Shown: piece after piece, positions 32,797-43,535 of the stretch
How the letters are laid out: the number at the start of each line of letters is the position of its first letter
How positions within the stretch are numbered: the first letter of the stretch is position 1
From: a virus
Direction: 5' to 3' (one strand)
Virus record (IMG/VR): IMGVR_UViG_3300035698_017305
Location: 32,001 to 96,000 of that record
Length of the DNA: 64,000 nucleotides
Made by a program: the position numbers and the translations under genes
Notes under the pieces: model-generated
The model's database searches: none
What the model saw: the letters and a program-made list of their open reading frames with translations, nothing else
Told to the model about the DNA's origin: nothing

Positions 32797-33324
32797 TCAG
32801 CTAGCATTACCGGGCATTCTGTTGAACACGGCGGACGCTATAACGTCATCAATGTGCTCGCCATCATATACTGTAATGGTACCCAGTGACTTTCTATACC
32901 CCGGGATAGTTATCACAACGTCGTACTTGATGAACCCTTTATGGTCCATAAGGACATGCCCTCTCTCTGTGGCCGCCGCTATGTAGGAGAGGCATTTGAG
33001 ATTAGCCTCAATGGTTAGTCTGTCAAACGGTATGATTCCATCAGGTCCATACCCATAGTTGAGCGCACACTCTTGATGGGACTGCTCCACCCAGCTCATG
33101 TCCACACAGTAGACCCCTTTGAGTACCTGCATTGGCCTGTCTCGGAGATCCTTTGCTGCAACCCTGGGGTCCTCCCTTTCCTTAACCATATACGCATACG
33201 GCTCATTGGTACTGGTGTCCAGTAGGATTACCACATGTGTATAGCCCCCCTCCTTGGCCTTCTGTAACTGGGACATCACATATTCTCTGGTATCTTTGTT
33301 GTTCATCTCGTCCATGCCCTCCAT
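32797..33324 (-). CDS. hypothetical protein
   Basis: 175 aa ORF; start may be at MNNKD. Confidence 0.65.
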   Translation of the reverse strand: MEGMDEMNNKDTREYVMSQLQKAKEGGYTHVVILLDTSTNEPYAYMVKEREDPRVAAKDLRDRPMQVLKGVYCVDMSWVEQSHQECALNYGYGPDGIIPFDRLTIEANLKCLSYIAAATERGHVLMDHKGFIKYDVVITIPGYRKSLGTITVYDGEHIDDVIASAVFNRMPGNAS

Positions 33325-33584
33325 GTGTGTAGATTACTTGGTTTATCTCTCCAGCTAGACGTTGGCGGGTAGTTCTCCAGGAATCTATCAAGCCTGTCAT
33401 GTTCGCGGTGGGCCCACATCCCTGAAGCCTCATAAAACTCTCGGATGGACAGCTCATAGACTCTCCCTCTCCACCTCAGATACCTGTGATGAAATGAGTC
33501 GATATAGATGTCCCGTGCCCACAAAGCAGTCCTACCCGCACTTACTAGCGGTAATACCACGTTCTTGAAAATGCTCCATATCAT
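33303..33584 (-). CDS. hypothetical protein
   Basis: 93 aa, GGAAGGAGAG upstream. Confidence 0.55.
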   Translation of the reverse strand: MIWSIFKNVVLPLVSAGRTALWARDIYIDSFHHRYLRWRGRVYELSIREFYEASGMWAHREHDRLDRFLENYPPTSSWRDKPSNLHTWRAWTR

Positions 33585-33666
33585 AGCTTCTCTCCTTCCA
33601 TTACTCTTATGGCTGATGTAGAATCATTAATTGTAAGAATATTGTCCTCACCGCTGGAGAAACGCT

Positions 33667-36600
33667 TTGATTAACAGTCAAGAAGTATCTGCAATAGCCT
33701 CTAACCAAGCCTCTATGTTTACGAACATGGTGTCGTATGGGCAGCAGCAGGTGCAGCAGCAAGCATTCAGCCCGTACCAACCTGCCCCCTCAGGTTACTC
33801 TCCACCTGCCCCACAGCATCCGTATTCGTATAGACCTGTGTCTAACAACATCAGTGGCTTCTCTTCTAACATGGGTAGCGCAGCCACACACGTCATGGCT
33901 AAGTCAGTTCCGACCGCTATGGGCCTAGGTGCTCTTGCCGGGGGTCTAGCTATCGGTGGAGGAGTAGGAGTCGCTATAGGATTAGCTTCAGCCCCCATCA
34001 CACTAACCGCTGGAGCCATTGGTAACCAGATGGTGCGGGGCAGCCGTCAGCTAAACATCACTCAAGCGATGGCTCAGAGGCAGTTCGGTCCATCCACCAA
34101 CCGGGGTCAGGCATACGGCGTTCATAGAGACATGTCAGCCATGGGTCAAGACTCGGGGTTGATGACAGATGTCCAAGAGCTCACCCATCTGTGGGGGCGC
34201 ATGAACGAGATGGGCATGCTTCAACTGACTTCTAACGTTAAGCAGTTCCAAACCAAGTTTAAGACCGCAGTTAGATCCCTTAGGGACATCTCTCAGATAG
34301 TGGGCTCTACCATGGACGAGGCCATGCCTATATTCCAACAGGCTCAAAGCATGGGTATTGTTGGGCGCGGAGCTATAGCTTCTAACGTGCTCCAGGCTAA
34401 GGGTATAGCTAGCGCAACCGGTATGGGCGTTGGTACCACCATGCAACTCCAGTCCGCTGGGGCTCAGATGTCTTACCGTTCCGGTGCGGGAATGAGGGCT
34501 GGCCAAGTTGGGGCTATGCGGGATGCCCAAATGGCTTCCGCCATGGTGGCTAGAGGACCTGTCACCGAAGGTTTCTTACGAGAATGGACCGGAGGTATGA
34601 CCGGTGAGGCCGGTATGTCAACGTTCTCTAACTCTCTGACCCAAGCAGGGTTCAGGTTAGCCTACTCTCGTATGGGCCGTAACTTATCCGCTGCGTTGGG
34701 TGAGACCTCTGATGGTAGGTTCACAGGTAGGCTAGACCCAGGTAAAGTAGAGACTTACATGCAGGGCGGGTATGACCGTAAGGCATTAACCTCAATGAGG
34801 GAGAGTGCTCTCAGTACTGAAGCGGCTAAGAAATCGTTTAGATTACGGAAGGATAGGATACAAGGTCAGTTAGTACAGCAAATTGGCGGTATAGGCATGA
34901 CCTCCCAGCTTGAGAATTATTTAGGGGACAAAGGAGACACCAGTGATGAAAGGTCCCTGTTCCTTAGGAAAGTTACAGGGCTTAATGATAGCCAAGCTGA
35001 GTTCCTACAACAAGCTGCCAGGGAATTACCTGGGCTTACTCAGCAGTGGTTGTCTCAAGAACAGTCTGCGGCAGATAGCTCTGCTAGGTCCGCTACTATG
35101 TTCTCATGGGACAAATTTAAGACTAGATTTAAACGGGACTTGGACCGTAGGATTGGTGGCCCTCTCAGACAGATCGGTACAGATGTTAACTTCACGATCT
35201 CTTCCGGTATAGAACGCTATATTGATAAGCTAACCGGAACGTATGCTACTGGGGTAACCTCTGGGCAGATTAACGAAGCTTCTCTAAAGATGGCTATGGG
35301 TAACCCAGATGCTGCTGGGTATGGTGCGTTCAATCTGTCTCAGGCTAGGCAAAGCCCGATGACATCTAGGTTAGTGGGCCAAGCTTGGAATACGATGCAA
35401 GGAAGACCCCCCGACGAGTACTCCCAAGCAACCTCATGGGGTTCTGCTTGGTTATCCGACTTAGGCCAGTCTATGCCAGGGAGGGTGGGGGACAAGATAT
35501 CCCCTGCAATGGCCGAGGGTATACAGGATTATCGCAGTGCTATACGTAACAGGACTTTCGGGGGGTCACTGTCTGATAGGAGTCTTCCTGTTCAACTAGC
35601 CGCTCGTACACTTACCCAAAATATTGGTCGTTACTCTTACCTATGGGGTAAAGGAAAGTACAAGGGGGCTGAAGGGAAGACCTACATAACAGAGCTTATG
35701 AAGAATAAGATGATGGAGGACCCTAACTTTGCACAGATAGTGAAGAACCTAGAAGACACAGGGAGGTTAGTACCTGGAACGGTAGAGGCTAACCAACAAG
35801 GTCTTGAGCTAGTTCAGAGAGAGGCCAGCCGTGGGGGTGCGCTCAACGTCTCAACCCCATCCGAGGTAGGAGCTATGGGTTATTCTGGGGTGAATGAGGC
35901 GGCGGCAAAGAGTATAAACGTCAGGGCGGCTTCCTTTGCTAAGAACGCAGTAGAGGGATACCATGATATCGACGGGGGCGATGCAGCGATAGCCCCTGGT
36001 AGATGGGCCAAGCTTTTATCTTTTGCTGTCCACGGAAATGGTAGAGGAGCCACAAGGGGTAAAGACGGTAAGATGGTGGCATCGTCGTCCTTCCTTTTAA
36101 GTAGTAGGTCCAACGCGGAGCGGGAACTTATACAACAGATAGTTAAGGGGCAAAGTAGTGTCCCCCCACATATAAGTAACCTATTCTTGAAAGCAGTTAA
36201 GGAGGGGCCGGGTTCCGACTCTATGCGTCGCCTATATAAGTTAGCATCTACTAAAGATGCCGATGCCTTCGGTGGGGTGGCCAACAGAGATGCTATCACT
36301 CGCACCCTTGAGGTGGTACAGCAGGGGGGAGACACAGCCATGGCCGTGAGATCAGCGGCCACAGGAATACTACTTAACCAAGAGCAGATAGCAGGCCAGG
36401 AAGCGGCGGGGCTGTTTGAGCAAAGAGCTAAGAGTCTCACTAGGTCTTTGGATAGATCGGAAGATTCAGACCGAACCATGGACTACTCATCAGGAGAGAG
36501 GACTAGATTTAAGGGCCTGCTGATGAACCTTGAGGTGGATATAGGTAGCATAGAAGGTCAAGATAGTCTCGTTAATGGCGGCGAGTGGGGCCAGATTCTG

Positions 36601-37119
36601 GATGCCTATTCATCTAAGGGGGGGAACCTTGGTATAGGTGCTGCGTTGGCCCCTAGTAGGGCGATGGGAGCCGCGTCTCAAACGTATGACAGGTTGATGA
36701 AGAAATTCAGTAAGAAGCTGAAAGGCAAGGACTATGTAGCCTTTGCAGATCTAGGGTTCCATGATAGTGTTACTAAAGAACTGATGAGATCAGTATCTGG
36801 TCCTGGGTGGTTATCAGAAGGAAATAAGGAAGAGGTAGCTCAAAGGCTAGCTCTACAGCAGCTCGGTATCTCAGGGTCAGGGGCCGGTAAGAAGGGCCGT
36901 GGATATAGTACAGACGAAGCAGCATTACTAAATTCATTCAATAGTGTTATAGACTCTGCTGAAAGACTGGCTACCAAGGTGGATAGTATCACTGGTGAGA
37001 GCGGTGGACGATCTGGAGGAAGCAGTGGGGGTAAGGGGGCATTCTCCTACAATCTAAACTTCGGTTGGGGCGGTTGGAACGGCGGTTTAGAAACTCCTGA
37101 AGAAAAGGCGGCGGATTAA
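33667..37119 (+). CDS. tape-measure-like / large virion protein
   Basis: 1150 aa, Ala/Gly/Gln/Met-rich helical composition with a hydrophobic Gly-Ala segment; first gene of the tail/baseplate run. TTG start with GGAG RBS. Confidence 0.55.
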   Translation: MINSQEVSAIASNQASMFTNMVSYGQQQVQQQAFSPYQPAPSGYSPPAPQHPYSYRPVSNNISGFSSNMGSAATHVMAKSVPTAMGLGALAGGLAIGGGVGVAIGLASAPITLTAGAIGNQMVRGSRQLNITQAMAQRQFGPSTNRGQAYGVHRDMSAMGQDSGLMTDVQELTHLWGRMNEMGMLQLTSNVKQFQTKFKTAVRSLRDISQIVGSTMDEAMPIFQQAQSMGIVGRGAIASNVLQAKGIASATGMGVGTTMQLQSAGAQMSYRSGAGMRAGQVGAMRDAQMASAMVARGPVTEGFLREWTGGMTGEAGMSTFSNSLTQAGFRLAYSRMGRNLSAALGETSDGRFTGRLDPGKVETYMQGGYDRKALTSMRESALSTEAAKKSFRLRKDRIQGQLVQQIGGIGMTSQLENYLGDKGDTSDERSLFLRKVTGLNDSQAEFLQQAARELPGLTQQWLSQEQSAADSSARSATMFSWDKFKTRFKRDLDRRIGGPLRQIGTDVNFTISSGIERYIDKLTGTYATGVTSGQINEASLKMAMGNPDAAGYGAFNLSQARQSPMTSRLVGQAWNTMQGRPPDEYSQATSWGSAWLSDLGQSMPGRVGDKISPAMAEGIQDYRSAIRNRTFGGSLSDRSLPVQLAARTLTQNIGRYSYLWGKGKYKGAEGKTYITELMKNKMMEDPNFAQIVKNLEDTGRLVPGTVEANQQGLELVQREASRGGALNVSTPSEVGAMGYSGVNEAAAKSINVRAASFAKNAVEGYHDIDGGDAAIAPGRWAKLLSFAVHGNGRGATRGKDGKMVASSSFLLSSRSNAERELIQQIVKGQSSVPPHISNLFLKAVKEGPGSDSMRRLYKLASTKDADAFGGVANRDAITRTLEVVQQGGDTAMAVRSAATGILLNQEQIAGQEAAGLFEQRAKSLTRSLDRSEDSDRTMDYSSGERTRFKGLLMNLEVDIGSIEGQDSLVNGGEWGQILDAYSSKGGNLGIGAALAPSRAMGAASQTYDRLMKKFSKKLKGKDYVAFADLGFHDSVTKELMRSVSGPGWLSEGNKEEVAQRLALQQLGISGSGAGKKGRGYSTDEAALLNSFNSVIDSAERLATKVDSITGESGGRSGGSSGGKGAFSYNLNFGWGGWNGGLETPEEKAAD

Positions 37120-37343
37120 TGTCAGTAAGACTTCAGAAAATAGAGAGGGTGGAAGAGGTTCAACGCATAGTTGTGAGGGGTAAGACTGTGAGGGTAGCTG
37201 CCCGGGAAGACGTTCTACCGGAGGATGTAGTTATCAACGACGCCAAAGCCTACGCTTACTTTCTACGTACCAAGGAAGACCATACAGGCCCCCCTACTGA
37301 ACGAGTTAAATCATTGCTAACCTCTACAGGGTTATTATCATAA
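37119..37343 (+). CDS. hypothetical protein
   Basis: 74 aa, TAATG coupled on both sides. Confidence 0.65.
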   Translation: MSVRLQKIERVEEVQRIVVRGKTVRVAAREDVLPEDVVINDAKAYAYFLRTKEDHTGPPTERVKSLLTSTGLLS

Positions 37344-38593
37344 TGGCTATATTCGATGTTACATTAGAGTATGAACCAGCGGTTAACAACGGGTCCTCAG
37401 CTCATGGTAATTCCGCCCAAAAAGTAAGTGATCTTAGGGTTCGCCGTCCTCTTATGGGGATGGAGCAAACCAGAGATGAACCTAGGTACTCATACCTACA
37501 GATATTAGATTCTAACAATCAGGCAGTGCCTCTTCTGGACTCCTCTTGGCCGACCTCTAGGAGTCAAGTTGGCCGGAAATATGCTAACTTTGTTATTCAA
37601 AATGTGTCCAGGTCTAAGACTGAAAAGGCCCAGTTAATGCCAACGTTTGGTCAGAACTATGTCTTCTTCTTTGGGGAACAGCCCAAGACTATAACGTTCA
37701 GGGGACTCTTGACTAACACCGCAGACTTTGATTGGAAGCAAGAGTTTTGGCAGAACTATGATGAGAACTTGAGGGGTAGCCAGCTTGTATCTAAAGGGTA
37801 CCTAGCCTATGTGTATTATGATGGGCTGTTGGTGGGCGGTTACTTACTAGGGTGTTCTATGTCAGAGAATGTGGCGACCCCGAATGAAGTTCCTTTTGAA
37901 TTTTCGATGGTGGTGGTAACAGAGACATGGTTGACTGAAGTGCAGTCAGCTCAGACTCGGTACACACAGGTTGTGGACGCCAATATTGTGGCTAGGAAAG
38001 AAGCTTCTACCATAACAGGATCTATCGCTAACCAGACAGGCGGGTGGACTGTTGCCGGTATCAAGGTGCCTTACATAGGGGTGTCTGATGTAATCAAGGT
38101 AGCTAACATGACCGACGCCATGATCCAGATGGGCCGGGGTGGTCGGGACTTTGATGAGGATTCTATAGGAGTAGGGGACTGGCTAAATGCTACGGCACTG
38201 TACTCTGGCACAGCTTTGGGTATTCTATTTGGGGGTAACTCCCTCCGTGGGTTCCTAGGGGAGAGTAAAGCCGCCGCCTCCTCCACCATGTTCTCAGGGG
38301 ACATAGCTGCACAGTCCTACAGTCATGAGTTACTGTACGACTCATCTAGTTCTCTTGCTGATGTAGACGATAGGAGCATGGCCGCTCTCAAAAAGTTGGA
38401 AGAAGGCTTTGCTAAAGAGTATGGGTTCCTACTACTGAACAAGCTGGTGGGTATGGCCATCCACTACGCTGTTGAAGAACTAGCATCCTCTGTTATAGTT
38501 ACTGTCCCTGGAGAGAACGGGCAGGCGCACAAGAAGCTAAATCAGGTGACCTACGATGACCTCCTAGGTACAACCTTCTTTAAGTTGTTTTAA
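37343..38593 (+). CDS. putative tail tube initiator/baseplate protein
   Basis: 'VFFFGEQPKTITFRGLL' and 'VPFEFSMVV' beta-rich tube-like region; position after the tape-measure-like gene. Confidence 0.45.
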   Translation: MAIFDVTLEYEPAVNNGSSAHGNSAQKVSDLRVRRPLMGMEQTRDEPRYSYLQILDSNNQAVPLLDSSWPTSRSQVGRKYANFVIQNVSRSKTEKAQLMPTFGQNYVFFFGEQPKTITFRGLLTNTADFDWKQEFWQNYDENLRGSQLVSKGYLAYVYYDGLLVGGYLLGCSMSENVATPNEVPFEFSMVVVTETWLTEVQSAQTRYTQVVDANIVARKEASTITGSIANQTGGWTVAGIKVPYIGVSDVIKVANMTDAMIQMGRGGRDFDEDSIGVGDWLNATALYSGTALGILFGGNSLRGFLGESKAAASSTMFSGDIAAQSYSHELLYDSSSSLADVDDRSMAALKKLEEGFAKEYGFLLLNKLVGMAIHYAVEELASSVIVTVPGENGQAHKKLNQVTYDDLLGTTFFKLF

Positions 38594-41500
38594 TGGCTGC
38601 TAAAGAACTACGCATACGTTTATTTGTTGAAGGGGTGGAAGTCCCCGTGGTGGCTGCAACGGTAATGGCCTCAGTAGGTCAGGCTGCGGCAGCTTCTATC
38701 CAGATAATTCCTATGGATTCGGCTACCAACCTAGCCCCCCGTTCCAGTGTTCTTCTTTTTTACCTAGACCGTATTAAAGGGGCTACTGCGGAAGAGCCAA
38801 GCTTAGATGAGTGGAAGCTTCTGTACTACGGTGAGATCATTGGGTTTGCCTTCAGCCGTAAGCCAGATACTAGGGCTATGATTCTACAATGTATTGACAC
38901 GTCTTCATATTGGGACGCGTGTAAGTTATACATGTTGGGTAAAAGCCAAGACATTGGGGGTGACTCTGGGGTTGACCGCACCCATAAGTTCTCTGGTGCC
39001 CAGTCCGTGTCCGTAAAGAACATAACCGGCACATCTAAGACGCTGATATCTAATCTGCTATCAGAAGGATCCTCACAAGGACCTAAGTCCCCAGGGTTCT
39101 GGAAGGATGGTAAACCTATCAAAGGTGTCCTAGGTAGTATACTCAGGCTCCTTGAATCCGTCGGAGGTGTCAAGAAACATACTGCGGGGGTAAATGATTT
39201 CTTTACCTACTCTGAGATGCGCTCACGCATACTGGATCAGATAGGCTCTGACTCTGGTAAGTCCGCAGGTAAGCTGCTGAAAGAGAAGATGTTTAGGAGA
39301 TACTTGAACTCTAGGATAGGTAGAGCTGGGATGATGATCAGTGTTCGAGACGTTATCAACCTGATTAACGCATACATCTTCTACAATGTAGTGCCTATTA
39401 CTTCACCAGTGTATCATCCTTCTAGTAAAGAGAAGGCCACTACCCCCTCCACTACTAAGGCCCCTGTGGCAACAAAATCTATACGGGATAAGACTGCTCG
39501 TTTCTCATCTACACTACTTGGGTTTGTTGGCCTATATGACCTAGCCAAAAAGTCTGATGTGCCTAATGAGGCAGTGACCACTAGTATTGCCAACCATATG
39601 AAGACTAAATTAAAGCCAGCACTCATAGAGATGGCCCCATTTATAGACCTGTTGAAAGGGTCGTCCGTGGCTAACCAGACTAAGGATAACCTTGGTAACA
39701 TTGAGGCTTCTATAGATCAGATGTTGATGAACATAGATCAGATGATAGCAACTCCAACGTCAAGCCCTGAGAACACTGATCCATTTGAGTTAATGGAAAC
39801 CTTAAATATGGTTAGAGAAACCTCTAATCAAATGAGGGCCGTCAGCAAGATAGTTTCGTCCAGTATATCAGTACCTATAAACCTGCCCTCCAGTGAAGCT
39901 GATAGGCTACTTACCCAGTTGATAATTCCAGACATCTGGTTCACTGCCCCAGCGGCCTGTAATGTAGTGTTCCCTACTCAGGTATCCTCGTTGAACATGA
40001 ATCGCAACTACCTACAAGAGATCACTAGGATGCAGGTAGAGTCGGCTTACGCTTTAGAGTCTGGCGGGGTTAACACCAAGTTCTACTACGCGCCTAAGAT
40101 GTATGGGATTAAGGATGGCAAGCCGGTGCCCTTCACAAAGAAGAACCTGGGGGCCACCTTCCACCACGAAAGGTTCGTAGGAGTCATCCCCGGTAGGGAG
40201 ACCCTGATTAACCTTGGGGCTAAGGCTACCAACAACTCTAAGGACGATGTGCTGAACTACGCGGAACAAGTAGCGCACTTCCAATTCTTTAGAAACAGAT
40301 TCAGTAGCCGCACAATGACTGTAAGGACCCCGTTCAATCCGAATATGGTTGTGGGTATTCCTGGGGCTGTGCTATTGAGGCAAGTACCTTCTAGTATGAC
40401 AGGCATATCCTCACACACCGACACTACCTCTACTTGGTACGATCAAGAAGGCGGCATAGCCGGGTTTGTTAAGAAGCTCAGAGAGGATATGAAAGATTCT
40501 TTACTAGGGGAACTACCTTATCATGCCGTTGGGGTCCCTATAAGTATGACCCACTCGGTAAACCAGCTAGGAGGCAGCACCGATACTAACTGGAGTAAGG
40601 TAAGGTTCCACCGTGGCATAGATGATGAGTATCTGAACCTGGAAGCAGGTATTGTAAAAGATTCATCGGCGTCCAAGTCTATACGCACAGTGTATTCTTT
40701 AGAAAGTTCTAAGTTTGCAGAAGGAGATGAGGAGAGGCAGAAGGAACTGGAGTGGTTGTATGACACCTGCCCACAGCCCCGCGCCCACGGGTCAGCTAAA
40801 GATCAGAAGGCATTGGACTGGTTCAAATATAAATTGTACCTTGTGCCTTGGGGTGTTTTTGATGAGGAGAAGTTCACACCGGGCTCAGGCTCCCAGTTCC
40901 TAGACACTGGGTTGACCCCCAACATAGCTGGGGAGTCCCTGGAAGACCATGCGTTACAAGATGCACAAGCGTACTTCTTCAAAACAACCGAGAGTGGCGT
41001 GTCCCCGGCAAACCCTGGGATAAAAGCCATAGGATCTAAGGGGCCAAACGGTAAAACCATTTCTGCTATTAAACCTAGTGGGGTTAATTTTGATAAGGTG
41101 ACTGGTGAGTTCAAGTGGGGTAAGGTTGAGATACATGAGAAGTACTCTGTTACCACCACTGACGTTAACAAGGATGTAGCATTTGAAGACTTGGTTAGGC
41201 CCCCATGGTTCTCTGACGAGTACACCAATGGTAAAATAGGTAAGGTTTACGATGAGTTAGTAGGGTCCGACAGCATACTTGGACGCCTATGGGGTAACCT
41301 TGGGCTCCTGCAAGATGGGTCGCTGACCTCAGAAGAAACAGGGAAACCTGCTGAAATACCTGATGATGCGGCGATAGGCACTACAGAAGATGCCCTAGAC
41401 GTGCTCGCTTTGTTGTATAGTGTAGTTACTGAAAACGGAGACCCAGGCGAATTTGCTGACTCTTTTGGTAAGAGGCGCATCGCCACACTGAAACAAGTCA

Positions 41501-41724
41501 TGGGTGACTCCACTGGAGACACAGAGGATGAGGTAGGATATCTCACCACCGGGCTAATGGATTCTGAGAACTTGGAAGGGTTTGAGTACCAGGACCTACC
41601 CAGGGTCACCGAGACAGGGGCTGTAGCCAAAGTACCGAAGGAGTTAGACACTCGTAAGGAAAGAAAAGAGAGAGTGCTAACTTATCGAAATGCTTTGTTG
41701 AAGAGCCAGGGTATATTAGGCTAG
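38593..41724 (+). CDS. putative baseplate hub (gp27/tail protein D-like)
   Basis: 1043 aa; N-terminal 'IRLFVEGVEVPV...AASIQII...VLLFY...LYYGEIIG...LQCID' typical of hub proteins; module position. Confidence 0.5.
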   Translation: MAAKELRIRLFVEGVEVPVVAATVMASVGQAAAASIQIIPMDSATNLAPRSSVLLFYLDRIKGATAEEPSLDEWKLLYYGEIIGFAFSRKPDTRAMILQCIDTSSYWDACKLYMLGKSQDIGGDSGVDRTHKFSGAQSVSVKNITGTSKTLISNLLSEGSSQGPKSPGFWKDGKPIKGVLGSILRLLESVGGVKKHTAGVNDFFTYSEMRSRILDQIGSDSGKSAGKLLKEKMFRRYLNSRIGRAGMMISVRDVINLINAYIFYNVVPITSPVYHPSSKEKATTPSTTKAPVATKSIRDKTARFSSTLLGFVGLYDLAKKSDVPNEAVTTSIANHMKTKLKPALIEMAPFIDLLKGSSVANQTKDNLGNIEASIDQMLMNIDQMIATPTSSPENTDPFELMETLNMVRETSNQMRAVSKIVSSSISVPINLPSSEADRLLTQLIIPDIWFTAPAACNVVFPTQVSSLNMNRNYLQEITRMQVESAYALESGGVNTKFYYAPKMYGIKDGKPVPFTKKNLGATFHHERFVGVIPGRETLINLGAKATNNSKDDVLNYAEQVAHFQFFRNRFSSRTMTVRTPFNPNMVVGIPGAVLLRQVPSSMTGISSHTDTTSTWYDQEGGIAGFVKKLREDMKDSLLGELPYHAVGVPISMTHSVNQLGGSTDTNWSKVRFHRGIDDEYLNLEAGIVKDSSASKSIRTVYSLESSKFAEGDEERQKELEWLYDTCPQPRAHGSAKDQKALDWFKYKLYLVPWGVFDEEKFTPGSGSQFLDTGLTPNIAGESLEDHALQDAQAYFFKTTESGVSPANPGIKAIGSKGPNGKTISAIKPSGVNFDKVTGEFKWGKVEIHEKYSVTTTDVNKDVAFEDLVRPPWFSDEYTNGKIGKVYDELVGSDSILGRLWGNLGLLQDGSLTSEETGKPAEIPDDAAIGTTEDALDVLALLYSVVTENGDPGEFADSFGKRRIATLKQVMGDSTGDTEDEVGYLTTGLMDSENLEGFEYQDLPRVTETGAVAKVPKELDTRKERKERVLTYRNALLKSQGILG

Positions 41725-41755
41725 AATCAGGATAGATAAACCGAAGGAGACCGAG

Positions 41756-41989
41756 ATGATTTCCACCGACGCTTTTTTACAAGAGACTGACCGAATCAAT
41801 GGTCACACTAAGACAGCGGTAGGCATGCTACCAGCGTTGGGGCTAATGGGTATGGGCGGAGCCGGACTGTTTGGCACGATGAATGCCGTGGACAGTTACC
41901 GTATAGGTAGGGCCCGCAAAGAGATGCTTAGAGCCCAGCAACAGATGCAGAAGCAGCAACAAACGGCCCAGATGTATAGTGGGGTATAA
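41756..41989 (+). CDS. small Gly/Met-rich protein with F-L-x-E-x-D...K-x-A leader
   Basis: MISTDAFLQETDRINGHTKTA; AAGGAG RBS. Confidence 0.7.
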   Translation: MISTDAFLQETDRINGHTKTAVGMLPALGLMGMGGAGLFGTMNAVDSYRIGRARKEMLRAQQQMQKQQQTAQMYSGV

Positions 41990-42197
41990 CATGAATGATT
42001 ACTTTTTAGATGAGCATGATCGGATCAGAGGGATACCAAAGGAGGCCCAGGACATGGGTATGGGCAGTGTCGGCCCTAGCCCTCTAGCTTCCATAGCACG
42101 TCAACAAAATACTGGTGCGGCTAAGATGCCAGCTAAGGTAAAGCCGTTGGCACAAGGCACCCCCGGGGCTAACCTTCGTATGACCAAGTTGATGTAA
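41979..42197 (+). CDS. small protein with F-L-x-E-x-D...K-x-A leader
   Basis: MNDYFLDEHDRIRGIPKEA; true start probably the second Met. Confidence 0.65.
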   Translation: MGYNMNDYFLDEHDRIRGIPKEAQDMGMGSVGPSPLASIARQQNTGAAKMPAKVKPLAQGTPGANLRMTKLM

Positions 42198-42971
42198 ATG
42201 ACCCCAGCCACTTTTAATACTGCGGATGTAGACGCTTTCTTGGTTAAGATAGGAGCTAAGAAGGAGACGTCACAGGAACGTCAACAAGCAGACATTAAGG
42301 CGTGGGAAGAATGGAATGCCAGTGATAGAGACCCAGCTCTAGTGACCCCGTTGTTCAAAAGATTCCAGGGGTTCATCGAGAGTGAGGCAAGGAAGATGTC
42401 CAACGTTGAGATGCCTAAGAACGCTATCCGTTCTGAATTCAACAACATGTTTATGACTGCTATCAAGACCTACAAACCAGACAAGGGAGCTGCTCTAGGT
42501 ACTTGGATAGGCAACCAACTGCGAGGAGCTGGCCGGTATGTCCGGACTTACCAGAACCCTGGACGCATTGTTGAAGCTAGGCACAGACACATCACTGACT
42601 TCCAAGTAGCCCGTAGAGATTTAGAAGAACAGTACGGCAGGCCCGCCTCGGGTTTAGAACTGGCTGACAAGCTAAGCATACCCGTAAAGGAAGTGGAGAG
42701 ACTGTCTAGGGAGCTGTCCCGTAAGAGCCTACCTATGAGTGGGTTTGAGGGTGAGATGTTCTCTAGGACACCCAGCAAAGAGGCTGAGAGTCTACGAATG
42801 ATGATGCATGAACTGCACGGAGAAGAGCAGGTAGTCATGGAGCATCTGTTGGGTGCTAACGGAAAAGAAAGGCTCGACCCCATAGCTATTGCTGGCAAAA
42901 TGGGGGTGTCTCCTGCTAAGGTATATAGAATCAAGAAGAGACTGGTTGAAAAGGTCAGGGATTATATCTAA
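42198..42971 (+). CDS. sigma-70 family RNA polymerase sigma factor (FliA/SigF-like architecture; probable late sigma)
   Basis: Region 2 'AIKTYKPDKGAALGTWI..QLRG'; region 3 HTH 'RPASGLELADKLSIPVKEVE'; region 4 'IAGKMGVSPAKVYRIKKR'. Confidence 0.85.
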   Translation: MTPATFNTADVDAFLVKIGAKKETSQERQQADIKAWEEWNASDRDPALVTPLFKRFQGFIESEARKMSNVEMPKNAIRSEFNNMFMTAIKTYKPDKGAALGTWIGNQLRGAGRYVRTYQNPGRIVEARHRHITDFQVARRDLEEQYGRPASGLELADKLSIPVKEVERLSRELSRKSLPMSGFEGEMFSRTPSKEAESLRMMMHELHGEEQVVMEHLLGANGKERLDPIAIAGKMGVSPAKVYRIKKRLVEKVRDYI

Positions 42972-43165
42972 TGGCCACCAGTCTTAAAGAACAGCAGATA
43001 GATTCTCTGGTCAGTACGGCCAAAGAATACATAGCCAAAGAGAGGACTAGGTTGGAGGATGAAGCTATCTTTTTGAAGGCTATTAAGAAAGGCTCTGGGC
43101 AATTGGAGGAGATCCTAGTTGATCTAGCCCAGATTGAAGTGAACCAATTTTTAGGAGAGTCCTAA
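42971..43165 (+). CDS. hypothetical protein
   Basis: 64 aa, TAATG coupled. Confidence 0.65.
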   Translation: MATSLKEQQIDSLVSTAKEYIAKERTRLEDEAIFLKAIKKGSGQLEEILVDLAQIEVNQFLGES

Positions 43166-43503
43166 TGGAATCAACGTCCGTGTCTGACACAATTGAACTG
43201 ACAGAAACAGAAGCCCTCAAGGTAGAGAACTACAACCTCAAGCGAGAGAGTCTAGGCACCCGCTTGAAAGACCTTCAAGCCAAGTACCAGAAGGATGTGA
43301 AGATGATCCAGGAAGCTGCTAGTCAAATAGCAACTGAAGAATCTGCCTTCATTGATGGTCTGAACGACAAGTACGGGGTTGAACTTCGACACTACAAACT
43401 GGAGGGGACCATGGCCGTGAAGGTTATGACTCCACCAATACAGGCGGCGGCAGCAAATGAAGCCAAAGATAATAAAGGTAACCCGGATCAAGCCGATCAT
43501 TAG
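43165..43503 (+). CDS. hypothetical coiled-coil protein
   Basis: 112 aa, TAATG coupled. Confidence 0.65.
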   Translation: MESTSVSDTIELTETEALKVENYNLKRESLGTRLKDLQAKYQKDVKMIQEAASQIATEESAFIDGLNDKYGVELRHYKLEGTMAVKVMTPPIQAAAANEAKDNKGNPDQADH

Positions 43504-43535
43504 GCGGATAAGAGACTGGGGGAAAGCGCAAGGCA

